Shown piece by piece: positions 1-8,908 of a stretch of 20,000 nucleotides of DNA (positions within the stretch are counted from its first letter, which is position 1; each line of letters begins with the position of its first letter). The position numbers and the translations under genes were made by a program. The DNA is taken from assembly GCA_002410925.1 (NCBI GenBank), contig DHPR01000013.1, positions 56,995-76,994 of the forward strand, given 5' to 3'. The notes beneath the pieces were generated by a model. It saw only the letters and a list, made by a program, of their open reading frames with translations, was not told the origin of the DNA and did no database searches. Origin of the DNA: a bacterium UBP13_UBA5359. GTDB taxonomy: Bacteria; UBP13; UBA5359.

Positions 1-1
1 G

Positions 2-2284
2 GAGTATGCCGAGCCTAATTATGTGGCTCGAATATTCTCTGTTCCCAACGATACTTATTACAATTCCCAATGGTCCTTGCAAAACATAAAAGCCTCCAGG
101 GGTTGGGATATCAGCGTCGGCAGCGTTGATATTAAAGTAGGCGTGGTTGATACCGGCGTACAGTATGATCACCCAGACCTGAAGGGACAGGTAATAAATG
201 GTTATAATTTTATCAATGAGAACAATCAGCCAATGGATGATCATGGCCACGGCACACATGTGGCCGGTATCATCGCCGCAGCTACCAATAACAATCTCGG
301 TATTGCAGGGATAAACTGGAAGTGTAGCATAATTCCCGTCAAAGCACTTGATAGCGGAGGAGCCGGCAGCTACGAGAACATTATCAGAGGCGTAACTTAT
401 GCTGTAGATAATGGCGCCAGAGTTATAAATATGAGTCTTGGAGGGTATGCCTATTCTCAGGCACTCAAAGATGCCGTGGATTATGCTCTGAAGAGAAACT
501 GTCTTGTAGTGGCGGCAGCCGGCAATGAATCCACCAGCCAGGTAAGCTATCCTGCCGGTTTCCCGGGCGTGATTGCCGTAGCCTCCACAGATCAATCGGA
601 TAATCGCTCCTATTTCTCCAATTATGGGCCTTATATCTCAGTGGCTGCGCCAGGCCAATCCATACTAAGCACCTTTATCGGTGGAGAATACAGGTATCTT
701 TCAGGAACATCCATGTCCACTCCGCATGTTGCCGGATTAGCAGCCCTGCTGCTATCCAGGAGTCCTTATCTGTCGCCGGCAGAGATCAAAGCCGTTATCG
801 AGCAGACGGCTGATGACCTCGGCACTCCCGGTCGTGATAATTTCTATGGCAGCGGGCGCATCAACATTACTAAGGCGCTGGAGGCTCTATCCATACCCGG
901 AGATTTGTCACTGAGGTCTGTCATGCCGGATCAGGCTGTCCAGGATTCCTCTATCTATATCGAAGTGACCGGCAGCGGTTTTACCAACGCTGTTACGCTT
1001 TATTTGCTTTATGAAGATAAGCGGCTGGCTGCCAGTGATATAATCGTGTCAAGCCCCTTGAAGATGACAGCCAGGTTGAATTTAAAGGGTATCCCCACAG
1101 GCACCTGGGCATTGGAGGCAGTAGATGGTGCTAGCGGGAAGAGAGCAACACTGGCTGGGGCTTTGACCATCAGGAAAGATATGTCAATGGCGCCATCCGC
1201 CTGGCCGACAGAGAGTGGAGACAGATACAGACGCAACAGCACGGCCGCTTTCGCTGTTAACGGTAATCAGGCGGTTACGGTATACATTACTAACCTTCTT
1301 ATGACCGAGCCTGTTATAGATATCGACGGTACCATATACATAACGCAGAGCGACAGGACGATTGCAGCTTTAGATTGCGACGGCAGGCTGAAATGGCGGA
1401 GCAATCTGGGTGCCCGGCCGTCAGGAACCCCCAGCATATCTGCCGGAGGGCTTATTTACGTTGGTACGGAGGATGGGCGGCTTCACGCCTTCAGTCGCAG
1501 CGGTGATAAGATCTGGGCGACGAAGATTATTTCATATTCCGAAGATCTCTTCCCGCCGCAGCCGGTTGGAACAGCGCCCGGCATAGGTACCGACGGCACA
1601 ATCTATCTCGGTTCCGACGACTGGCATATTTACTGTCTCTCTTCGGATGGGAAGCCGCAATGGAGCTATCTTACCGGAGGTAAGGTCCGTTCATCTCCAG
1701 CTGTGGCTACGGATGGTACAATATACATAGGCTCTTCTGACTGGGGGCTATACGCCCTGCACCCGGACGGAACTTCTGTCTGGAAGACCAGCGTTTTGGG
1801 TTTTGAAATAGATGCGGCATATTTCACTTATGGACCTATATATGCCTCTCCCGTGCTTGGAGCAAATAGCATAATCTATCTGGCCTCATCCGACGGCTAT
1901 ATATATGCTGTGGCACCCGATGGAGAGACTATCTGGGAAGATACGCTGGATGAACCTATTGTGGTGACGCCGGCACTGGATAGTAAAGGCAGGCTCTACG
2001 TGGCCACCGCCAAAGGCAGCGTGACCGCCTTTAATCAGAGAGGAGAGAAGACCTGGCAGATCAAGCTGGGAGATGGAGAACTGGCATCCCCGGTTGTTAC
2101 CGCTGATAGTATACTCTATGCAGCAGATAGAAGAGGGATCATTTATGCACTTGCAGCGGAAACCGGAAAGTTATTGTGGAGAGAAACGCTATCGTCTTCA
2201 CTGATAGGAAAAGGCCCCGCTGTAAATAATGACGGAGCCCTTTTGGCCGCTACGCTGAAAGGCCTCGTAAAAATCCCCAAATAA
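2..2284 (+). CDS. S8 (subtilisin/thermitase-like) serine protease with IPT/TIG-like domain and C-terminal PQQ-like beta-propeller repeats; 5'-partial
   Basis: Frame is open from base 2 (EYAEPNYVARIFSVPND, typical thermitase propeptide/mature junction), so the true start is upstream of the window. Catalytic motifs VGVVDTG, HGHGTHVAG, AAAGN, SGTSMSTPHVAG; then SVMPDQ..IEVTGSGF (IPT-like) and repeated 'SPAV.DGTIYIGS.D..LYAL.PDG..W' blades. Confidence 0.93.
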   Translation, partial: EYAEPNYVARIFSVPNDTYYNSQWSLQNIKASRGWDISVGSVDIKVGVVDTGVQYDHPDLKGQVINGYNFINENNQPMDDHGHGTHVAGIIAAATNNNLGIAGINWKCSIIPVKALDSGGAGSYENIIRGVTYAVDNGARVINMSLGGYAYSQALKDAVDYALKRNCLVVAAAGNESTSQVSYPAGFPGVIAVASTDQSDNRSYFSNYGPYISVAAPGQSILSTFIGGEYRYLSGTSMSTPHVAGLAALLLSRSPYLSPAEIKAVIEQTADDLGTPGRDNFYGSGRINITKALEALSIPGDLSLRSVMPDQAVQDSSIYIEVTGSGFTNAVTLYLLYEDKRLAASDIIVSSPLKMTARLNLKGIPTGTWALEAVDGASGKRATLAGALTIRKDMSMAPSAWPTESGDRYRRNSTAAFAVNGNQAVTVYITNLLMTEPVIDIDGTIYITQSDRTIAALDCDGRLKWRSNLGARPSGTPSISAGGLIYVGTEDGRLHAFSRSGDKIWATKIISYSEDLFPPQPVGTAPGIGTDGTIYLGSDDWHIYCLSSDGKPQWSYLTGGKVRSSPAVATDGTIYIGSSDWGLYALHPDGTSVWKTSVLGFEIDAAYFTYGPIYASPVLGANSIIYLASSDGYIYAVAPDGETIWEDTLDEPIVVTPALDSKGRLYVATAKGSVTAFNQRGEKTWQIKLGDGELASPVVTADSILYAADRRGIIYALAAETGKLLWRETLSSSLIGKGPAVNNDGALLAATLKGLVKIPK

Positions 2285-2315
2285 TCGGCCCGCAATCGCA
2301 CTCGAATCCCAAGCA

Positions 2316-2340
2316 ACCGACCCCGACCCCAACCCCAACC
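2316..2340. repeat. Short degenerate hexamer repeat (ACCCCG/ACCCCA) between convergent genes
   Basis: accgaccccgaccccaaccccaacc read directly; minus strand GGTTGGGGTTGGGGTCGGGGTCGGT. Confidence 0.6.
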
Positions 2341-2349
2341 TCCTGTCTC

Positions 2350-3000
2350 CTATCTATTCTCCTGCATTTCCCGCATGGCAGCAGCCAGCTTTTTCTGTTG
2401 TTCCGGAGTAAGGATTGCCGTGATCTTCTTTGCGCTCTCCTGATGCACAGCGTTGATCTTCTCGCGAAGAGCCTTGCGATCGTTATTCTTCTCTTTGCGC
2501 AAAGCATTGATTTTATCTTCGCCTTCTCCGGCGATCTTCTCTATCTCTTTTATCTGCTTGTCGGATAATCCCAGGCTCTTCTCGAGCCGGCCGGTTATTA
2601 CGGCTATATTTACACCACTTGGCCTTATCCGTTCCCGCATTTCTCTCCTCTTAGCAGATAGCTTCTCTTTCTGCTCCGGAGTGAGAAGGGCATTGGTCTT
2701 TTCCCGCATGCTTCTGGATAAGCCCATTACTTTCTTTCTAGCTTCCTTTTTTGACAGACCGCTCTCCTGAATACCTTTTAATTCATCCGTAAATTCCTTA
2801 CGTATCTGCTCCATTTTAGCCTTTTGATCCTCGGTCAGGTTTAGTTCATCATAGGCTCTTTCCATCCATTGCATAGGCTGCATATTCCAACCATGCTGCT
2901 TGTCGGGGCCGGCGGCAGGCTTATTGTCATCCGCAAAGGCTATTCCGGCCATACCTGACAGCAGCAGCAATACCGTTGTCAGCAGAATGAATCTTTTCAT
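2350..3000 (-). CDS. Spy/CpxP-family (LTxxQ motif) exported chaperone-like protein, internally duplicated
   Basis: Sec signal peptide MKRFILL...AFA; LNLTEDQK..LLTPEQK and LGLSDKQI..ILTPEQQ motif pairs; AAGGAGG RBS overlapping the end of the upstream paralogue. Confidence 0.85.
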   Translation of the reverse strand: MKRFILLTTVLLLLSGMAGIAFADDNKPAAGPDKQHGWNMQPMQWMERAYDELNLTEDQKAKMEQIRKEFTDELKGIQESGLSKKEARKKVMGLSRSMREKTNALLTPEQKEKLSAKRREMRERIRPSGVNIAVITGRLEKSLGLSDKQIKEIEKIAGEGEDKINALRKEKNNDRKALREKINAVHQESAKKITAILTPEQQKKLAAAMREMQENR

Positions 3001-3004
3001 TATG

Positions 3005-3697
3005 TCACGCCCTCCTTAAATAGGCCCCTTTTCTTTCCCGCTCTCGTCTGAACCCGGCATTCTTTCTGAGCTGCTCCAATTTTCTGTGCTGTTCAGGAGT
3101 CAGTATCTTCATTATGCGTTCTTTGCTTTCATTTTGTATATTTTGGATCTTGTTTCGGATCATCCCGCGATTTTTTTCAGTGCCGCTGAGCAATATTCTG
3201 ATCCTCTTATTGCTTTCATTGTTGATCTTTTCAATCTGCTTTATCTGATTAGCGGACAGCTTCAGCTCCTTGCGGAAGCGGAGGGCTGTTGCGCCTATGC
3301 CTTCGCCACGGTGGTTCCCACGCTTGCCGGCCTGCTTTATGGCGGCGGCTCTTATCTCCTGTTGCTTAGGTGTCAAAACACTGTTTATCTTGCTCTGCAT
3401 CTCTTTATTAAGATTGGTTAGCCTTTCCCGTTTCTGCTTGTCGCTCAGGTTGCTCTTGCGTATGCGCTCAGCTTTAATGGCAAAATCCTTACGAATCTCT
3501 TTAATTCTGGTCTTTTGCTTCTCTGTCAGATTCAGTTTGTCAAAGGCGCTCTCTCTTCGTTGCATAGGCTGCTGCACATTCCGACCAGGCCGCCCGGGAA
3601 CAACCGGCCTCCTGTTATTGCCCGCAGCCAGAGCCAGGCCGGATATGCCCAACAAGAAGAAAGTGATTACCAATAGAATAGATTTTTTCATCTTCAT
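3005..3697 (-). CDS. Spy/CpxP-family (LTxxQ motif) exported chaperone-like protein, very basic paralogue
   Basis: Signal peptide MKMKKSILL...ALA; LNLTEKQK..VLTPKQQ and LKLSANQI..ILTPEQH; GGAGG RBS (start may be the first or second Met). Confidence 0.85.
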   Translation of the reverse strand: MKMKKSILLVITFFLLGISGLALAAGNNRRPVVPGRPGRNVQQPMQRRESAFDKLNLTEKQKTRIKEIRKDFAIKAERIRKSNLSDKQKRERLTNLNKEMQSKINSVLTPKQQEIRAAAIKQAGKRGNHRGEGIGATALRFRKELKLSANQIKQIEKINNESNKRIRILLSGTEKNRGMIRNKIQNIQNESKERIMKILTPEQHRKLEQLRKNAGFRRERERKGAYLRRA

Positions 3698-3723
3698 TCC
3701 TCCCAGCTATCTTTGCTGTACCG

Positions 3724-3752
3724 TATACGGAAATATAATATGGAAGGTTTCA
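3724..3752 (-). promoter_or_regulatory. ECF sigma (SigW-like) promoter for the spy-like gene pair
   Basis: Minus strand TGAAAC-N17-CGTATA, matching the B. subtilis SigW-type consensus TGAAAC-N16/17-CGTA; the -35 overlaps the AraC TGA stop. Confidence 0.7.
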
Positions 3753-4616
3753 ACCGGAGCGTCGGCGAAATTCACGCGGCGTGACGCCAAAGCGTTTGCG
3801 GAACTGACGAGAGAAGAAGTTGCTATCCGTAAAGCCTGTTTGAGATGCAATCTCCGTAATAGTTAAATCTGTATGGCGTAACAGGGCAGAGGCCCTCTCC
3901 AGGCGCCGGCGGATCACATACTCCATTGGCGATACTCCCAGAGCGGCACGAAAGATCCGGTGCAGGGTGCTGATCGATGCTCCGGCAATCCGGGCAAGCT
4001 GTTCCAGTGTCAGGAGCTCCGATGAGCGTTGTTCGATATGGCTCATAACTGCTCCCAGCTTGAGCCATTGCCACGATTCAGGGGTGGCGATGCCGGCATA
4101 GCGCCGTGATAGGAAGACAATGGTCTGAAAGAAGAGACTGACAGCCATTCCCTGATATCCAGGCTGATACCCATCGAGCTCTTCTGCTGTCTGTTCCAGG
4201 ATGCGGCCGATCTCATCCAAATCAGTTTCGGACAGCGTGAGGTAGTGATGTGCAGAGCCGGACATACCCCTGATGCCAGGCTCCAGAGAGAAGAGCGCAT
4301 GGTAAGCCGGAAGAGTATAAAGATCGCTTGCCGGCAAATTGAGCTTTGAGATATCGAATAATACATTATAGATTTCCAACTGCTTGCAATTCTCATAGGT
4401 GTGCTCGGAACCGCTCAATATTACAAAAACGTCTCCGGCAGCAATTGGATACTTCTTACCGTTTATGTTGTGCAGGCCATAGCCTGCCAGCACAACCACC
4501 AGTTCGCAGAAGTCATGGGTATGCATTTCAAGCCGATCATCGGCCCTTGTGCGAAAGACGGCCAAAGGCATTCCCGTTTTGGAAAAATATTCTTGTCCAC
4601 GAAGATGATAGACCAT
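3750..4616 (-). CDS. AraC-family transcriptional activator, RhaR/RhaS-like
   Basis: N-terminal cupin HTHDFCELVVVLAGYGLH (RhaR-like) and C-terminal double HTH ...ITEIASQTGFTDSNFFSRQFRKRFGVTPREFR. Confidence 0.93.
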   Translation of the reverse strand: MVYHLRGQEYFSKTGMPLAVFRTRADDRLEMHTHDFCELVVVLAGYGLHNINGKKYPIAAGDVFVILSGSEHTYENCKQLEIYNVLFDISKLNLPASDLYTLPAYHALFSLEPGIRGMSGSAHHYLTLSETDLDEIGRILEQTAEELDGYQPGYQGMAVSLFFQTIVFLSRRYAGIATPESWQWLKLGAVMSHIEQRSSELLTLEQLARIAGASISTLHRIFRAALGVSPMEYVIRRRLERASALLRHTDLTITEIASQTGFTDSNFFSRQFRKRFGVTPREFRRRSG

Positions 4617-4622
4617 GACAAG

Positions 4623-4651
4623 ATAATGCTATTATTTGACCTGATTGTCAA
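4623..4651 (-). promoter_or_regulatory. Sigma70 promoter of the AraC gene, probably leaderless
   Basis: Minus strand TTGACA-N17-CATTAT-N6-ATG; no Shine-Dalgarno; TTGAC-N6-GTCAA inverted repeat at 4636-4651. Confidence 0.6.
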
Positions 4652-4670
4652 GGTTATCGATATAAGAGAC

Positions 4671-4679
4671 TGCTATTAT
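4671..4679 (+). promoter_or_regulatory. Candidate extended -10 of the divergent catabolic promoter
   Basis: TGcTATTAT without a good -35, as expected for an AraC-activated promoter. Confidence 0.35.
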
Positions 4680-4762
4680 AAGGCAAAAGCCTGAATGCAG
4701 GGGAGCAATGTCCGGATTCCGTAAGCGGCATTTTGCATTTCGCTTTTAAAACGGGGTTGACC

Positions 4763-5758
4763 ATGGATAATCGGAAACGGTTTCAACATATTTTCAACTT
4801 CCAGCCGGTAGACCGCCTGCCGAGATTGGAATGGGCTGCGTGGTGGGATAAGACCCTGGATCGGTGGCATGGGGAGGGGCTTCCGCGGGAGCTGCCGGCC
4901 GGAGAGAACCTGTTCCATTACTTTGCTCTGGATGATCATAGCCAGTGCTGGATCAGCCCCGGCGGGCCGTCCTGCCCGGTGCCTGCAAACTATGGCGGGC
5001 CGTTGATTGCCGATAGAGCCGATTATCTGGCCATAAAGGAGCATCTCTATCCGGAAGCAGCCTTCGACGCTGCCGGCATAGAAGTCCGGGCTGCTGAGCA
5101 ATGTACAGGCAAAACGATTCTCTGGATCACGTTGGAGGGCTTCTTCTGGTGGCCCAGAAGGTTGTTCGGCATAGAGCCCCATATGTATGCCTTCTATGAC
5201 CAGCCGGAATTGATGAAAGAGATCAATGAAGATCTGCTGGAGTTTTACTTCAAAGTCCTGGAAGAGTTCTGTGCCGTCTGCATCCCTGATTTCATGACCT
5301 TTGCCGAGGATATGACCTATAACCATGGCCCCATGCTTTCAGAGAGCCTCTTTGATGAATTCATAGCCCCCTATTATGCCCGCATAGTGCCCGTGCTCAA
5401 AGATCACGGCATCCTTCCCTTCATCGATAGCGATGGTGATATAAGGGAGATAGTGCCGTGGTTTGAGAAATTGGGAACGGACGGCTTTCTGCCGCTGGAA
5501 CGGCAGGCAGGGGTCGATATAGCGGAATTGCGTCGCGATCATCCGCAGCTGCGAATGATCGGCGGATTCGATAAGAGGGTGATGCATCTGGGTGAAGAGC
5601 ATATGCGAATGGAGTTCGAACGGTTGCTGCCGGTGATGCGTCAGGGCGGTTATATACCCTCCGTAGATCACCAGACACCCCCGGAGGTATCGCTGAATCA
5701 GTATCGCCTTTATCTGCGCCTGCTGGAGGAGTATAGTATCAAAGCGGTCAAGCCATAA
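4763..5758 (+). CDS. Uroporphyrinogen decarboxylase (URO-D/MtaA)-fold protein of unknown function
   Basis: MDNRKRF...PVDRLP N-terminus; AEDMTYNHGPMLS..FDEFI.PYY, IDSDGD, GGFDKR, GGYIPSVDHQ motifs of URO-D-like proteins. Start reassigned to ATG 4763 after GGGG. Confidence 0.82.
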   Translation: MDNRKRFQHIFNFQPVDRLPRLEWAAWWDKTLDRWHGEGLPRELPAGENLFHYFALDDHSQCWISPGGPSCPVPANYGGPLIADRADYLAIKEHLYPEAAFDAAGIEVRAAEQCTGKTILWITLEGFFWWPRRLFGIEPHMYAFYDQPELMKEINEDLLEFYFKVLEEFCAVCIPDFMTFAEDMTYNHGPMLSESLFDEFIAPYYARIVPVLKDHGILPFIDSDGDIREIVPWFEKLGTDGFLPLERQAGVDIAELRRDHPQLRMIGGFDKRVMHLGEEHMRMEFERLLPVMRQGGYIPSVDHQTPPEVSLNQYRLYLRLLEEYSIKAVKP

Positions 5759-5856
5759 AAGAGAATGACGAAAAGTATGCTTTCTTCTATGAATCTATGT
5801 TGTGAAGTTATAAATATGGTAATCCTTTGAGGATAGATTATATGGAGGAACTATTG

Positions 5857-8832
5857 ATGAGTATGAGCAAATTGCAAAACCCTGCTCCGCTGTCGCGGCC
5901 GGCACCGTTCTGGAGTTGGAACGATAAACTGGATGAGGCCGAACTGCGCCGTCAGATACGGGAAATGGCGGCCAAGGGCTGGGGATCGTACTTCATGCAT
6001 TCCCGTGTGGGATTGGTGACCCGGTATCTTTCAAACGAGTGGATGGCGCTGGTGAGCGCCTGCATCGATGAGGCCGAGAAAACGGGAACCTATGCCTGGC
6101 TCTATGACGAAGACAAATGGCCCTCCGGCTTTGCCGGGGGAGCGGTGCCGGAGAGAGACGAGGCTTACCGGGGCAGAGCTTTGGTGCTGCTGAAAGAAGG
6201 CCGGCTTACCGAGAACGATATGCCGCTGGAAAGAATTACATATGGCGGAAATGATTATGAGATCTGTCTTAGGGCAGATTCCCTGGGAAATCTCTGGTTC
6301 AATGGCGCCTGCTATGTTGATCTGATGAACCCTGAGGCGGTAAGGCATTTCCTTGAATCTACGCATGAGAGGTATAAGGCCGCCTGTGGAGAGCATTTCG
6401 GCCGCACCATTCCGGGAATATTCACCGATGAGCCATGCTACCTATGGCCAAAGCAAGCTCCGGCCGTCCCCTGGTCGGATTACCTGCCGGATTTCTTTCA
6501 GAAGATGAAGGGTTATGATATCAGCCGGCATCTGGCTTCCCTCTTCTTCGAAACCGGTAATTACAAAAAGGTACGCTTTGACTTCTACGATGCCGCTACC
6601 GAGCTTTTCAAAGAGAGCTTCACCCGGCAGTATTATGAGTGGTGCCGGAAGAATAATCTTATTATGACCGGACATTTCATGTGCGAGGATACTCTCTGGG
6701 CTCAGACCCAGTGGTCCGGAGATGTCATGAGCCATTATGAATATATGACCTGGCCGGGAATAGATAAGCTGGGACGCAATTTAGAGCAGGTCGTCACTGT
6801 CAAACAGGTATCCTCCGTTGTCGATCAATTAAAGAAAGAGCGTGCTTTCAGCGAAGCTTTCGGCTGTATGGGAGGCCAATGCAGCTTCTTCCATCGCAAA
6901 TGGATTGGAGATTGGCAGGCAGCTTTAGGCATCAGCTTTGTCAACCACCATCTCTCACTTTACTCCATGCGGGGAGAGAGAAAGCGCGATTATCCGGCTA
7001 ACCTTTTCTATCAGCAGCCCTGGTGGGCAGATGAAAGAGAGTTTGCCGATTATCAGGGGCGGCTATGCGCCTTTGCCGCCGAGGGCGAGCGGTTAACAGA
7101 TATTCTGGTGCTGCAGCCCCTCTCCAGCGTCTGGAGCGAATACTCGCCCTTGCATACAATAAATCAGTTTGCTGCCGAAGAGATATATGACAGGCCATTT
7201 GCCGCCGTCTCGCGTCGCTTGCTGGAAGAGAAGCTGGATTTTCATTATGGCAACGAGAACTTGATGATGACATATGGAGCGGTTGAAAATGATATCCTTA
7301 ATGTAGGTGCCTGTTCCTACAGCTGCATTCTGGTGCCGCCAGCTCTGAATATCAAAAGGCAGACGCTGGCACTGCTGCAAGCCTACTCCGCTGCCGGAGG
7401 GAAGTTGCTCTTCTGCGGTACGCTCCCTGTGTTGGTGGATGGCGAAGAGAAGGAGACCCATTTTCCCGGAGCTATAGTTGCCGCCACGCTGGAAGAGGCC
7501 ATATCACATATCTCTGCTCTCTTTCCCGATAGAATAAAGGTGATCGATAAATTGACCGGAGAGAATACCCCTTCTGTTTACCTTCACAGCCGCCGGGTGG
7601 GAAACACCCTGCGACATCTTCTGGTCAACACCGATGAGAAGCGAGAGATAGAGGCTCAGGTAGAAGTGCCCGGCTCCAGCCGGAGCGCTCTGGCAGCGTT
7701 TGATCTTTGCACCGGCGATCTTTACCGACTTCCGGCGGATAACGATACCATCAGCGTTACCCTCTATCCTGCCGCCAGCCTGCTGCTTATCAGTGGAGAG
7801 GAGGCCGAAGAAGCCGCTAGAGATCTGCCCGTATTTCTTGGCAGCGGAGCCGCCTTCCTTGATCTCAGCCATATGGCGCCACAGATTGTGATAGAAGATT
7901 TCGCTTGCGAGTTGCTCGAAGAGAACCTTCTGCTGCTCGATGATTTCGCTTTGGAAATGAACGGTAAGAAGGTTTATGAAGGACCCGTTTGCGGCGCCTG
8001 GCATAAATATTTTTATACGGCCCCCGACGGCACCCCCTTCAAAGCTACTTATGAATGTTCTTCAGAGAGTGCTGTTGGCGGCTGCTTTGCCGTTATCGAA
8101 ATGGCAGAGAATCTGGAGTCAATAACCTTCAATGGTCTGCCGGTGCATTCCCTGAAGACCCCCGGCCAGTCCGGAGCCTTCGATCCGCAGCAAAGCTGGA
8201 AGGATGTGAACTTTACCAGAGTGCCCCTGCCGCCGCTGCAGAAAGGCATCAACACTCTTGTTATTAAGGGGAAGGTCGTCAATAACATTACCGGATCGGG
8301 CTGCCATAGCCGAGTAGAGGATTGGCAGGAGCATCAGCCCACTGAAGCCGAGGAGGTTTATCTGTGCGGTATCTTCTCTCTGAAGCGCATATCCGGAGGA
8401 CGGCATACCATTGCCCCATTCAAGCAACCATCCGGTCGTAACCTGACAGAAGAGGGCTTTCCCTTTTATAGTGGACGAATAAGGCTGCAGGCGACATTTG
8501 CTATGGAGAAAGAAGCACAGGAGAGAGTTTTTCTACAGATGAATGATGTCAGCGCCGCCTGTGTCAGAGTTAGAGTCAACGGGCAGGAATGCGGCACTCT
8601 GCGCTGGGAACCCTTTCTCCTGGATATATCTACTGCCGTAAAGTCTGGAGAGAATACTTTGGAGATAGAGGCCGCCACCACTTTGGTTAATGCCTTCGGT
8701 CCTAACAGACGAGCCAAAATCAAAGAAGAAGCCTATGTGAGTTCGCACTCCTTCTGCGATATGGCCCGTTTCAAAGAAGGCTATGAACTCTTTGCTTTCG
8801 GCATAGAAAGCGCAAAGATCATGATCATGTGA
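5857..8832 (+). CDS. GH106-like (alpha-L-rhamnosidase-like) glycoside hydrolase, cytoplasmic
   Basis: RPAPFWSWN, FMHSRVGL, WLYDEDKWPSGFAGG, GIFTDEP, PGIDKL, SEAFG, RKRDYP motifs; C-terminal GFPFYSG...VNG..GENTLEI beta-sandwich. GGAGG RBS at 5844-5848 supports ATG 5857. No signal peptide. Confidence 0.85.
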   Translation: MSMSKLQNPAPLSRPAPFWSWNDKLDEAELRRQIREMAAKGWGSYFMHSRVGLVTRYLSNEWMALVSACIDEAEKTGTYAWLYDEDKWPSGFAGGAVPERDEAYRGRALVLLKEGRLTENDMPLERITYGGNDYEICLRADSLGNLWFNGACYVDLMNPEAVRHFLESTHERYKAACGEHFGRTIPGIFTDEPCYLWPKQAPAVPWSDYLPDFFQKMKGYDISRHLASLFFETGNYKKVRFDFYDAATELFKESFTRQYYEWCRKNNLIMTGHFMCEDTLWAQTQWSGDVMSHYEYMTWPGIDKLGRNLEQVVTVKQVSSVVDQLKKERAFSEAFGCMGGQCSFFHRKWIGDWQAALGISFVNHHLSLYSMRGERKRDYPANLFYQQPWWADEREFADYQGRLCAFAAEGERLTDILVLQPLSSVWSEYSPLHTINQFAAEEIYDRPFAAVSRRLLEEKLDFHYGNENLMMTYGAVENDILNVGACSYSCILVPPALNIKRQTLALLQAYSAAGGKLLFCGTLPVLVDGEEKETHFPGAIVAATLEEAISHISALFPDRIKVIDKLTGENTPSVYLHSRRVGNTLRHLLVNTDEKREIEAQVEVPGSSRSALAAFDLCTGDLYRLPADNDTISVTLYPAASLLLISGEEAEEAARDLPVFLGSGAAFLDLSHMAPQIVIEDFACELLEENLLLLDDFALEMNGKKVYEGPVCGAWHKYFYTAPDGTPFKATYECSSESAVGGCFAVIEMAENLESITFNGLPVHSLKTPGQSGAFDPQQSWKDVNFTRVPLPPLQKGINTLVIKGKVVNNITGSGCHSRVEDWQEHQPTEAEEVYLCGIFSLKRISGGRHTIAPFKQPSGRNLTEEGFPFYSGRIRLQATFAMEKEAQERVFLQMNDVSAACVRVRVNGQECGTLRWEPFLLDISTAVKSGENTLEIEAATTLVNAFGPNRRAKIKEEAYVSSHSFCDMARFKEGYELFAFGIESAKIMIM

Positions 8833-8838
8833 TCTCAT

Positions 8839-8879
8839 GGGGTCAGGAGTTTACAATTAACCTCACCCCTTCTGACCCC
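8839..8879. repeat. REP-like palindrome, short copy; may double as terminator
   Basis: GGGGTCAGGAG...CTTCTGACCCC stem (11 bp with one G-U); 8837-8863 matches 18488-18514 at 25/27. Confidence 0.7.
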
Positions 8880-8908
8880 CCTCTCGTGACCTCCTCCGTC
8901 ATTTTTTT

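Noticed and set aside
23-25. GTG start given by the ORF track for the protease
   Set aside because: The frame is open to the window edge with EYAEPNY propeptide sequence and no signal peptide, so the gene starts upstream.
2453-3866. Plus-strand ORFs antisense to the spy-like genes
   Set aside because: Shadow ORFs of Lys/Glu/Arg-rich genes, with no recognisable motifs.
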